A DNA stretch of 63,947 nt, the filler included. It is 5 parts of 5 records of this genome, joined end to end, with 100 filler letters (N's around TTAATTAATTAA, not from the genome) between each part and the next. Parts side by side here need not be neighbours in the genome. Positions count along the whole stretch, not along the records: positions 30,747 to 39,812 come from SRR31156797_10506; positions 39,913 to 51,979 come from SRR31156797_10511; 3 more parts are not named here. One strand, 5' to 3'. Below, in pieces: positions 30,747 to 40,100 of this stretch. A program made the translations under genes and the position numbers. Each line of letters starts with the position of its first letter. Position 1 is the first letter of the stretch. Below the pieces are notes generated by a model, which was not told the DNA's origin, searched no databases, and saw only the letters and a program-made list of their open reading frames with translations.

Positions 30747-31399
30747 ATATTGCTCATCAATGGAGACAACCTTTAATGGAACTATCTTCAATAAATATGG
30801 AGCTTCAAGCAAAACTAGAGCTTTTAGGGTCTTTATCAAACGAAGAGATATTAGAAGCAATTAGAAAATCAAACCAAGTTACAAACTATATGTCCCAAAC
30901 AATTGATGATTTTAGAAACTTTTTTGCAAAAGATAAAGATAGAGTTAGGTTTAAAATTTCTGAACAAGTTAGTTCTGCAATTAATATTATCAACTCTTCA
31001 CTAAAACAAAACAACATTAAACTAGAAATAATCATAAAAAAGAACTCAATTATAAAAGGTTATAAAAATGAGTATTCACAAGTTTTAATAAGTATCCTAT
31101 CAAATGCAAAAGATGAACTTATCAATAGAAAAATCCAAAATCCAAAAATTACATTAAAAATTACAGAAGAAGATAACTTAAGTGTAGTGGAGATAGAAGA
31201 TAATGCTGGTGGAATATCAATTGTACCAATCGAAAAAGTGTTTGAACCTTTTATAACAAAAGACAAAAAAAACGGAACAGGAATGGGACTTTTTATGTCT
31301 AAATTGATTGTTGAAAATAATATGGGTGGAAGATTATTTGTAGATAATACTGAAAAAGGTGCAAAATTTAATATTATAGTACCAAAAAGTATTGACTAG
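30747..31399 (+). CDS. Sensor histidine kinase, C-terminal part (5' truncated)
   Basis: H-box IAHQWRQPL at the contig edge (typical of Campylobacterota); TIDDFRNFF, EDNAGGI, GTGMGLFMS. Confidence 0.92.
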
Positions 31400-32098
31400 T
31401 TATTTTATTATAATTTGATATCCAATACCCGATATATTTCGTATAGAATCTTTCCCTACTTTTTTTCTAAGTTTATTCAAAACAGCTTTTAGTGCAGAGT
31501 CTGTAGCTTCAAAACTATCTTGCCATACAGAGTTTTTTATTTCTAGAATAGGTACAACTCTATTTTTATTCTTTATCAATAGTTCTAAAAGTAAAATCTC
31601 TTTAGCCGTAATAGATTGTTCTATTTCATCTTTATATAGTTTCTTTTTTGAAACATTATAGCAAATATCATTTTCAAAAAATATACAGTAATTACCTTCT
31701 AAATAGATCTCTTCTGAGGCTTTAAGTAAAGACTCTTTTAGTTGATAAAAATTTAGAGGTTTTATTAGGTAATCAATAAGTTTTAATTTTGTTGCTTGTA
31801 ACAAAAAAGGTGTGTCTGTATGTGCAGTTAATAAGATAATTGGAATCTTCTTATTTGCTTCTCTAATCTTGCTTGCAAGTTCTAAGCCATTAAGTTTTGG
31901 CATACTAATATCACTTAAAATAATATCAATATGTGTGTTATTAAAAGCTGTTAAAGCTTCAAGACCATTTTCAGCAGTATAAACATTGCGACAAATTAGC
32001 TTAAGAGTTTTCGTTATGTTTTTTCTGATATTTTCTTCATCTTCGACATAAAGGATGTTAAGAGACTTTAAAAACTCTAAAAAATGATTATTATTCAA
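31400..32098 (-). CDS. OmpR-family response regulator
   Basis: ILYVEDE, DIILSDISMP, KP motif, winged-helix LRKKVG...GIGY. Confidence 0.92.
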   Translation of the reverse strand: MNNNHFLEFLKSLNILYVEDEENIRKNITKTLKLICRNVYTAENGLEALTAFNNTHIDIILSDISMPKLNGLELASKIREANKKIPIILLTAHTDTPFLLQATKLKLIDYLIKPLNFYQLKESLLKASEEIYLEGNYCIFFENDICYNVSKKKLYKDEIEQSITAKEILLLELLIKNKNRVVPILEIKNSVWQDSFEATDSALKAVLNKLRKKVGKDSIRNISGIGYQIIIK

Positions 32099-32234
32099 AA
32101 TTTACCTTTTTATTTACAATTATACTACAAAAAACAAAATAAATAAATAATAAAAAAATAAAAAAAGTTTTTTTTTATAAGCAACTTTTAGCAACTTTTT
32201 TGTAAAATTGCTTATATTTGTAAAAAGGGTTGTT

Positions 32235-34022
32235 ATGAAAAAGTATTTAGTTAGCACGGTAGCTGCAACTTTATTAACTTCGTCAGTTATGTATGGAACA
32301 AGCTTGAAAGATGTTGTGAAACAAACATTAGGTGCAAATCCAGATATCCTTTCTGAAAAACTTAATAAAGAAGCATTCAAAAAATATGTAGATGAGGAAA
32401 AAGGTGATTATTATCCAACAATAGACTTTTCAGGGTATTTTGAAGATTCTAGCACAAGAAGTGACAGAAATGACGAACCAAATGATCCATCTACTGCAGA
32501 TAAAGATGGTTGGAATGCATATATCCAACTAGAACAAGTTCTTTATGATGGTGGTTTAACTCCAAGTGAAGTAGAAGAATACAAGCATATTTATGAGGGG
32601 AATAAGTACAGAAGTAACAGAAGAGTTGAAGAGATTGTAAGAGGTGCAATTGATAGTTATATGGATTTAGTTATGTATCAAGAATTGATGAATCTATCTC
32701 AAAACAATCTAAAACTACATGACGACTATTTAATAATTGCAAAAGATAAAGAATCTATTAGTGGAGAGATTTTAGAAAGCTACCAAGTAAATTCTAAAAA
32801 GCATTTTATTATTGATAGATTATTAGAACAAAAAGATTTACAAGAAACATCAAAAAATACTTATATGAGATATACTCACAGGGAAACTGATGGAAATATT
32901 TGTAGACCTACACTAGACGAATCAAAAATCCCAGATAGTTTAGAAAAAATCTTAGAATATGCATCAATTAATAATTTTCAAATAAAAGAACAAATTGAAG
33001 CTATCAAAGAACAAAGAGAAAACTTACAACAAGCAAAGGCTGGAAATTTACCAACATTAAGATTTCAATGGCAATCTAGTTGGGACAATGACTTAGAATA
33101 TGCTAATAATGGTAGACAAGATATAAACAGAGCAAGATTGATTTTAGACTGGAATATCTTTGAAGGTGGAAAAACTTACCATGCAACTCAAAGAGAAAAA
33201 TTATTTTTACAACAACAACAAAAAGTTTTAGATGAAGTTGTCCAAGAGGTTAGACAACAAATAAAAAGTTCATATAGCTCTTATTATAATGCAAAAGAGA
33301 GATTGGATAACATAAAAAAATATGTAGTTGATAATAGAAATATAAGAGATGTATATTTAAAACAACTTCAAGATGGAACAAGAACATTTATTGATATTTT
33401 AGATGCAGAATCAGAACTATATAGAAGTGAAATTAGTACTTTAGAACAAGAAATGGATGTTTATAGTAATTACTTTGACTTACTACAACAAATGGGGCTT
33501 TTAAGTGAAACAATATTAAAATCGAATGATCAATTGTGTAAAGCATATGTTCCTAAGAAATATAATAATCCAATTAAAAAGAATAATGGTTTAGATAATA
33601 ACCAAGAGTTTAATGACCAAGAGTTACTAGACGAGTTAGGTGTTGATTCAAAATTAGATAGTGAAATAAATAAACTTATAAATTTAGATTCTATTCCTAA
33701 TGAAGAACCTGCTGCAAAAGCTGAAACAAAAAAAGTAAAAACTTTACCAGATGGAAAATTTACAATTAATGTTGCAACTATAGACAATAAAGAAGAGACA
33801 GTAAAAAGATTTAAACAAAAACATAATCTTGCAGGAGATAAGTCATTATATACTTACAATATGAGCTTAGGAACAAAAGTTTTATATGGAAGTTATAATA
33901 GTTTAAGTGATGCTAATAAAGCAATGATTTCTTTAGGTGAAAAAGATTCAAATTTAAAAGTTTATGTTGACTTCTTAGATAAACACAGAAAACTATTAGA
34001 AAAATATAAAAGTATTAACTAA
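32235..34022 (+). CDS. TolC/LapE-type T1SS outer-membrane protein with a C-terminal SPOR-like domain
   Basis: DYYPTIDF, EQVLYDGG, WNIFEGG, GTRTFIDILDAESE; tail FTINVAT...KVLYGSYNSLSDANKAM. Confidence 0.88.
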   Translation: MKKYLVSTVAATLLTSSVMYGTSLKDVVKQTLGANPDILSEKLNKEAFKKYVDEEKGDYYPTIDFSGYFEDSSTRSDRNDEPNDPSTADKDGWNAYIQLEQVLYDGGLTPSEVEEYKHIYEGNKYRSNRRVEEIVRGAIDSYMDLVMYQELMNLSQNNLKLHDDYLIIAKDKESISGEILESYQVNSKKHFIIDRLLEQKDLQETSKNTYMRYTHRETDGNICRPTLDESKIPDSLEKILEYASINNFQIKEQIEAIKEQRENLQQAKAGNLPTLRFQWQSSWDNDLEYANNGRQDINRARLILDWNIFEGGKTYHATQREKLFLQQQQKVLDEVVQEVRQQIKSSYSSYYNAKERLDNIKKYVVDNRNIRDVYLKQLQDGTRTFIDILDAESELYRSEISTLEQEMDVYSNYFDLLQQMGLLSETILKSNDQLCKAYVPKKYNNPIKKNNGLDNNQEFNDQELLDELGVDSKLDSEINKLINLDSIPNEEPAAKAETKKVKTLPDGKFTINVATIDNKEETVKRFKQKHNLAGDKSLYTYNMSLGTKVLYGSYNSLSDANKAMISLGEKDSNLKVYVDFLDKHRKLLEKYKSIN

Positions 34023-34030
34023 GGAAAACT

Positions 34031-36190
34031 TTGTCAACTAAAGATATGAATGCAACAGCCGAAAATGTAGAAATACTACAGGAGCGAAGAAAAGTAGATA
34101 CACTTTTAGAATCATTACTTTTTCTAGCAAAATTTTACCAAAGACCTACATCAAAAGAATCATTACTTTTTGGTATGGGGCTACATAATGACATGATGAG
34201 TGTTGATGACTTTATAAATGCATCAAAAAAAATAGGATTAATATCAAAGTTTGTTTCTAGAGAAAAAATTCAAGATATATCAAAGTTGGCATTACCCGTA
34301 GTTTTAATAACCGATAAAAATAGATCGGCAGTACTAATAGATTATGATGTTTCAAAAAATGAAGCAGTAGTTATAATTCCAGGTCTTAGTGATGGTGAAA
34401 TCAACATGAAACTTGACTTACTTCAAAGTCAATATGTTGGGAAAGCTATAATTATAAAACCAGAATATAATTTTGAAAATAGGGTTAGCAGTAGTATTGT
34501 TTTACCTCAAGCCAAAAAATGGTTTTGGGATGCAATGAAAAGAAATAAAGATCTTTATTTGAAAATTATTTTGGCATCTATACTTGTAAACCTTTTTGTT
34601 ATTGCAATACCATTATTTACGATGAATGTATATGATAGGGTGCTTCCAAATAGCGCTATTGATACTTTATGGGCACTTGCAATTGGTGTTTTCATAGTGA
34701 TGGTATTTGATTTGATTTTAAAATTGATTCGTTCTTATTATTTAGGAAAAGCAAGTAAAAGAGCTGATGTTATTATGAGTAATCAAATCTTTGAGCAACT
34801 TCTAAACTTAAGACTTGAAGAGAGACCTGCCTCAACAGGAATGTTTGTAAATAGATTACAATCTTTTGAAGCCATAAGAGATTTTTTTGCAACAGCAACT
34901 ATTACAACTATTGTTGATATACCTTTTGTATTTATTTTTATTGCAATTATATTTTATATTGGTGGTCCACTTGGCTGGATTACTATTTTATCAATTATTG
35001 CATCATTATTGTTTTCATGGTTTATGAAACAGCCTATTAAAAAAACTGTTCAATCTTCACTAAAAGAGGAGCAACTTAAACATACAACAATAAATGAAAC
35101 AGTTGCTGGACTTGATATTATTAAAAGTGTAAGAGGTCAAAATCGTATGAAAACCCATTGGGATAAATCGATTAGCCAAATGGTTGAACATAATGAAAGA
35201 TCTCAATTCTTATCACAAATAGCTACATTAGCTACAAGTTTTATTTCACAGTTTTCCAATATTGCCGTTATTATTGGTGGTGTTTATTTAGCAAGTGAGG
35301 GTGAAATGACTATGGGTGCAATTGTTGCAGCTATGATTTTAAACAGAAGAGTTATTTCACCTGTTTCTCAAGTTGTAGGAATGGTTATAAGATATGACAG
35401 AGCAGTTATGGGGCTAAAAAATATTGATGAAATCATGAACATGCAAGTTGAAAGAGAAAATAAATCATATCTAAGTAGACCAAATCTAAATGGAGATATT
35501 GAACTTAAAGATGTAGTTTTTTCTTATAAAACTCAAAACTATAATGCACTAAAAGGTATAAACCTTAAGATAAAAAAAGGTGAAAGAATAGCGATTTTAG
35601 GAAAAATTGGTTCTGGAAAATCAACTCTTGTTAAATTATTACAAAACCTTTATGTTCCAACAAGTGGTTCAATATTGGTAGATCAAACAGAGATTAGACA
35701 AATTGACCCAGTTGATTTAAGAAGAGCAATTGGAGTTGTACCTCAAGAGCCATTTTTATTTATGGGTACAATTAAAGATAATATAACAATTGGAGAACCT
35801 TTTGCCACAGATGAAGAGGTTTTAAGGGCATCAATGATTGCCGGTGTTCATGACTTTTTATCAAAACATGAATCAGGTTATGACTTAGTAGTAGGTGAGA
35901 GAGGTGAAGGTTTAAGTGGTGGAGAGATTCAGTCAGTTGCACTTGCAAGAGCTTTGGTTTCAAATCCAAATATTATAATAATGGATGAGCCTACAAACTC
36001 TATGGATAGACAAACAGAAAAAGCATTTATTAGTAAAATGGGAAAAATAGTAGGTGATAAAACACTTATTCTTATAACACACAAAGTTTCTATTTTATCT
36101 TTAGTTGATAGAGTTATTGTTTTAGATGATGGTCAAATTGTTGCGGATGGAACTAAAGAAGAAGTGTTCGCAAATTCGAAGAAGGGTTAA
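34031..36190 (+). CDS. Type I secretion permease/ATPase (LapB/LssB-like, C39-like N-domain)
   Basis: PLFTMNVYDRVLP, GKIGSGKST, LSGGE, IMDEPTNSMD. Confidence 0.93.
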   Translation: MSTKDMNATAENVEILQERRKVDTLLESLLFLAKFYQRPTSKESLLFGMGLHNDMMSVDDFINASKKIGLISKFVSREKIQDISKLALPVVLITDKNRSAVLIDYDVSKNEAVVIIPGLSDGEINMKLDLLQSQYVGKAIIIKPEYNFENRVSSSIVLPQAKKWFWDAMKRNKDLYLKIILASILVNLFVIAIPLFTMNVYDRVLPNSAIDTLWALAIGVFIVMVFDLILKLIRSYYLGKASKRADVIMSNQIFEQLLNLRLEERPASTGMFVNRLQSFEAIRDFFATATITTIVDIPFVFIFIAIIFYIGGPLGWITILSIIASLLFSWFMKQPIKKTVQSSLKEEQLKHTTINETVAGLDIIKSVRGQNRMKTHWDKSISQMVEHNERSQFLSQIATLATSFISQFSNIAVIIGGVYLASEGEMTMGAIVAAMILNRRVISPVSQVVGMVIRYDRAVMGLKNIDEIMNMQVERENKSYLSRPNLNGDIELKDVVFSYKTQNYNALKGINLKIKKGERIAILGKIGSGKSTLVKLLQNLYVPTSGSILVDQTEIRQIDPVDLRRAIGVVPQEPFLFMGTIKDNITIGEPFATDEEVLRASMIAGVHDFLSKHESGYDLVVGERGEGLSGGEIQSVALARALVSNPNIIIMDEPTNSMDRQTEKAFISKMGKIVGDKTLILITHKVSILSLVDRVIVLDDGQIVADGTKEEVFANSKKG

Positions 36191-36191
36191 T

Positions 36192-37532
36192 ATGTCAAAA
36201 GAAGATGAAAATTTTGTGCATGCATTATATGGACATGCAACAGATAAACCAAAATTTAAAATAGATCTAATATTTTTTGTAATTTTAGGATTCTTCTTTT
36301 GTGCAATTGTATGGGCAAGTTTTGCAAAAGTTGATGAGTTAGCAAGAGGTGAAGGTAAAGTTATCCCTACAAATAAAATTCAAAAAGTACAATCTTTTGA
36401 TGGTGGTGAAATAGAAGAGATTCTAGTGAAAAATGGTGAACACGTAAAAGTAGGACAACCCTTAGTTAGAATTGATACTACAAGATTTCAAGCTACACTT
36501 GAAGAGAACCAAGAGGGTATTAGTCAATGGATGGCAATGCTTGAAAGACTAAAAATAGAATCTAATTTAGATATTAACAGATCAATTCCCGAATTAGAAT
36601 ATAGTGAAAAAGTGAAAAAAATAGCAGGGGAATATATTGAATCTGAAAGAAATTTATTTAGAAATAGAGTAAGAGAATTAAAAAGTTCAGTTCAAGTATT
36701 AAAATCTCAGTTAAGTCAAAAAAAACAAGAATTAGAAGAGATAAAAGCTAAAAAAACACAATTGGAAAAAAATATAAGTTTAGTTCAATTGCAACGAAAA
36801 ACGATAAAAAGTTTAGTTGAGTCTGGGATTAAATCAAAAGTAGAATTAATTACTGTTGAAAGAGAATATCAACAGTTAAAAGGTGATTTAGAGTCAACAG
36901 AGCTTTCAATACCAAGATCAAGATTTGCTATAAAAGAAGCAGAGAATAAAATTGAAGAAAAAATTGGAGCTTTTAAATCAGAAGCTTCAAAAGAATATCA
37001 AAAAATATTAGTTGAATTAAATAAAGCACAAGCCAGAAAAGTTTCGGATAGTGATAGAGTTAACAAAACAGTAATAAAGTCACCAGTTGATGGGATTATA
37101 AAAGAGGTTTATGTAACTACTGTAGGTGGAGTAATTAAATCAGGACAAGATTTAATTGACATTGTTCCAAACAGTGAAGTTTTACTTGTAGAAGCAAAAA
37201 TTGATCCAAGAGATATTGCTTTTATCAATCCACAACAAAAAGCAGTAGTTAAAATTACAGCTTACGATTACTCAATATATGGAGGTTTAGATGGACAAAT
37301 TGTTGAAATTTCTGCAGATAGTATTATTGATAAAGATAGTAAAGAGGGGAAAAGTTACTACAAGCTTGTGGTAAAAACAAAAAGAAATTATTTAGAAAAA
37401 GATGGAGAGAAATTACCCATAATACCTGGGATGGTAGCACAAGTTGAAATTGTTACGGGGGAAAAAACAATTATGGATTTTATTCTTAAACCAATATTGA
37501 AAGTAAAACAAAACTCATTACACGAAAGATAA
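36192..37532 (+). CDS. HlyD-family T1SS periplasmic adaptor (LapC-like)
   Basis: DELARGEGKVIP, IKSPVDG, AYDYSIYGGLDG, IIPGMVAQVEIVTG. Confidence 0.93.
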   Translation: MSKEDENFVHALYGHATDKPKFKIDLIFFVILGFFFCAIVWASFAKVDELARGEGKVIPTNKIQKVQSFDGGEIEEILVKNGEHVKVGQPLVRIDTTRFQATLEENQEGISQWMAMLERLKIESNLDINRSIPELEYSEKVKKIAGEYIESERNLFRNRVRELKSSVQVLKSQLSQKKQELEEIKAKKTQLEKNISLVQLQRKTIKSLVESGIKSKVELITVEREYQQLKGDLESTELSIPRSRFAIKEAENKIEEKIGAFKSEASKEYQKILVELNKAQARKVSDSDRVNKTVIKSPVDGIIKEVYVTTVGGVIKSGQDLIDIVPNSEVLLVEAKIDPRDIAFINPQQKAVVKITAYDYSIYGGLDGQIVEISADSIIDKDSKEGKSYYKLVVKTKRNYLEKDGEKLPIIPGMVAQVEIVTGEKTIMDFILKPILKVKQNSLHER

Positions 37533-37552
37533 CTTATAAGAAGGGAGTTAAA

Positions 37553-38884
37553 ATGAAGACGATTTTAAAAATGCTATTTATTAGCTTTGTTACAACATTT
37601 ATGTTTGTTGGGTGTTTAGGTATGAATCAAACATCAAACCCGACGGAAAATCAAGAGCTTAAGGCTATAAAAGGTAATGATTTTATTAGTGAATTACCTT
37701 TGCACGATGCAATTAGAGCAAAAGATAAGGGATTAGTTGATGAACTTATATCTAAAGGTATTGAAGTAAACACAAAAGATAAATATGGTTATACTCCAAT
37801 GCACTTAGCAGCAAGATTAGATCAACTTGATATTGCCCAAAAACTTTTTGCAAGTGGGGCAAGTGTTAATAACACTGATACATTCAATGATACACCATTA
37901 CTTGATTCAACTAGAAATAGTACAAATGCTATGTCAAGATTTTTAATCTGTAATGGTGCAAAAACTGATGTTTTAGATAGACATGAAATGAGCCCTTTGC
38001 ATAATGCATCAAAAAACAATGATTTATATATTGCTATGATATTACAAACATCTGATATCTCTCAACTGTGCCAAAAACTGACTATTACATTAGAGTATTA
38101 TGATGAAGGAAAAAATAAGATTTGTGGAAATATACCAACGGGTGTTGCTACAAATGTTGATGTAACTTTAACAAGTGATAATGCAGAGTCTGAAAAACCA
38201 ATGGGACCTTTTAAATCTCAGATTGATGGGAAAACTTATTGTGCACAACTTGATAAACCTATTAAGTCAGATACAAACTATTTAGTTACAGCTGTTGGTA
38301 CAAACACAATTGATACAGATATAGTAACTGCAAATTTAGATGATTTAAGAATTAAAAAACAGGAACCTCAGAGTGAATATATTGAAGGTTTATATGAAGC
38401 ATTAATGAATGAATTTGGACCAGACTTTGAGCCATGGAATGCAGAACTAGATAAAAATGGTTTAGTATTTAGATTCAAAGATCCACAAGTTTTATTTGAA
38501 CATGGAAGCAGTAATATTAAAACTAAATTCAAAGATATTTTAGATGATTTCTTTTCTAGATATTTAAAAGTTCTTGATGAATATACAGAGCAAATAAAAA
38601 GCGTAAGAGTAGAAGGACATACATCTTCAGTTTATAAAACAGCCAAAAATGATGAAGAAAGATACAGTCTAAATAAGCAATTATCAGAAAAAAGAGCAAG
38701 TCAAGTTTATGATTATACTTTGAGTATTGATAATGAAAAAGTAAAAACCAATAAAGTTTGGTTGGAAAAAGTATATTCACATCATGGTATGGCTTATGAC
38801 GATTTAATTTATGATGAAAATGGTATTGAAAACCAAATTTTATCTAGAAGAGTTGAATTTAGAATTAATAAATTTATAGAATAA
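37553..38884 (+). CDS. Lipoprotein: ankyrin repeats + small beta domain + OmpA/MotB-like (ZorB-type) domain
   Basis: Lipobox FVGC; GYTPMHLAA, DTPLLDS, SPLHNAS ankyrins; C-terminal VRVEGHTSS...LSEKRA...SRRVEF. Confidence 0.85.
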   Translation: MKTILKMLFISFVTTFMFVGCLGMNQTSNPTENQELKAIKGNDFISELPLHDAIRAKDKGLVDELISKGIEVNTKDKYGYTPMHLAARLDQLDIAQKLFASGASVNNTDTFNDTPLLDSTRNSTNAMSRFLICNGAKTDVLDRHEMSPLHNASKNNDLYIAMILQTSDISQLCQKLTITLEYYDEGKNKICGNIPTGVATNVDVTLTSDNAESEKPMGPFKSQIDGKTYCAQLDKPIKSDTNYLVTAVGTNTIDTDIVTANLDDLRIKKQEPQSEYIEGLYEALMNEFGPDFEPWNAELDKNGLVFRFKDPQVLFEHGSSNIKTKFKDILDDFFSRYLKVLDEYTEQIKSVRVEGHTSSVYKTAKNDEERYSLNKQLSEKRASQVYDYTLSIDNEKVKTNKVWLEKVYSHHGMAYDDLIYDENGIENQILSRRVEFRINKFIE

Positions 38885-38896
38885 AAGGATCTCTTT

Positions 38897-39652
38897 ATGA
38901 AAAAGTATATTTTAGCATTTGGTCTTTTAACTTTTTTTGTGGGTTGTGCTGAGAAAAACACTGCAGTTGTTACTGTTGGAGATAAAGATGGAATCATTAA
39001 TGAAGATGGAGAAGTTATTGTAAAACCAGTTTATAAAAGAGCACATAACCTAGACACTTTATCTAAAAACAACTACACACATCCTCATTATATCAATCTT
39101 CATTGGTTACATCTTAATGGGAAGAGATATTCTGTTGTTAGAAACATTGATGAAAAATATGGAATTATTGATGAAGATGGAAATCTAAAATTAAAAGTGA
39201 TTTTTGATTCGATAGGTCAGTTTTTCAATGGATATGCAAAAGTTGAAGTTGATGGTAAGTATGGACTTATAAACGAAGATTTAGAAATCGTTGTAAAACC
39301 TATATATGATGATATTAGAAATGTTCTTAATGAAGCTATTATTGTAAGAAATTATACAAAAAACAATAGAGCTCAATTTGGGTGTTTAGATACAAATATT
39401 AATATGGTGGCACCTTTAGATTATGATATGATTTATCTTTCAAATGAAGATAGAATGAGAATTGAAAAAGACAACTTATGGGGCTTTATGGATACTCAAT
39501 GTAAAGTGATAGTTAAACCACAATATAAATTTGTAAATGACTTCTCAGAGGGCTTAGCAAAGGTTGAAAGAGTTGATGGACTTGTAACTTATGTAAATCT
39601 TGATGGAGAAGAGATTGAGAAAAAAACCTTCAATGGTGGACGAGACTTTTAG
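38897..39652 (+). CDS. WG-repeat lipoprotein
   Basis: Lipobox FVGC; repeats KYGIIDEDG, KYGLINED, LWGFMD...FSEGLAKV. Confidence 0.85.
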   Translation: MKKYILAFGLLTFFVGCAEKNTAVVTVGDKDGIINEDGEVIVKPVYKRAHNLDTLSKNNYTHPHYINLHWLHLNGKRYSVVRNIDEKYGIIDEDGNLKLKVIFDSIGQFFNGYAKVEVDGKYGLINEDLEIVVKPIYDDIRNVLNEAIIVRNYTKNNRAQFGCLDTNINMVAPLDYDMIYLSNEDRMRIEKDNLWGFMDTQCKVIVKPQYKFVNDFSEGLAKVERVDGLVTYVNLDGEEIEKKTFNGGRDF

Positions 39653-39690
39653 AAGAAAAGAGTTAAAACTCTCTTCTTCTTTCCTTTCCT
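39651..39690 (+). terminator. Intrinsic terminator of the T1SS operon
   Basis: AGAAGAAAAGAGTT / AACTCTCTTCT stem followed by a T-rich tract. Confidence 0.55.
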
Positions 39691-39785
39691 TTATTTTTTT
39701 TTAAACTACTTCAAAGAGTATTTAATTCTTTTTAGATATAATCGCAAAAATTCATAAAACAATAAATCATCAACATAGGATTATT

Positions 39786-39812
39786 ATGTCAAAACAACTA
39801 CTTCAAAAACAA
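39786..39812 (+). CDS. Start of an unidentified gene (MSKQLLQKQ...), truncated by contig end
   Basis: AGGA RBS 5-6 nt before the ATG; frame open to the linker. Confidence 0.45.
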
Positions 39813-39912
39813 NNNNNNNNNNNNNNNNNNNNNNNNNNNNNNNNNNNNNNNNNNNNTTAATTAATTAANNNNNNNNNNNNNNNNNNNNNNNNNNNNNNNN
39901 NNNNNNNNNNNN
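39813..39912. other. Artificial contig linker
   Basis: N / TTAATTAATTAA / N. Confidence 0.98.
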
Positions 39913-39931
39913 AATCTAAGTATTGTTTCAA
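39913..39931 (-). CDS. Start of a gene (TTG, MKQYLD...), possibly thymidylate synthase; truncated
   Basis: AAGAAGGA RBS then TTG AAA CAA TAC TTA GAT; MKQYLD resembles ThyA N-termini but only 6 codons are visible. Confidence 0.35.
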
Positions 39932-40100
39932 TGATATTCCTTCTTTTTTTATAGTTTGTTATTTTAGCAAATTCATACTTTTTATCAACTTTTCATCTTG
40001 ATGAAAAAGAAAAGCTTCTTATTAAGACTTTAAAACATACGCAAACTTTTAAATAATATTCTTGTAATATACTCAAAAACATTATATTTAGAGAGTTATT

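Noticed and set aside
37553-38884. Complete Zorya defence system
   Set aside because: Only a ZorB-like periplasmic domain; no ZorA, no TM Asp helix, no ZorC/D/E
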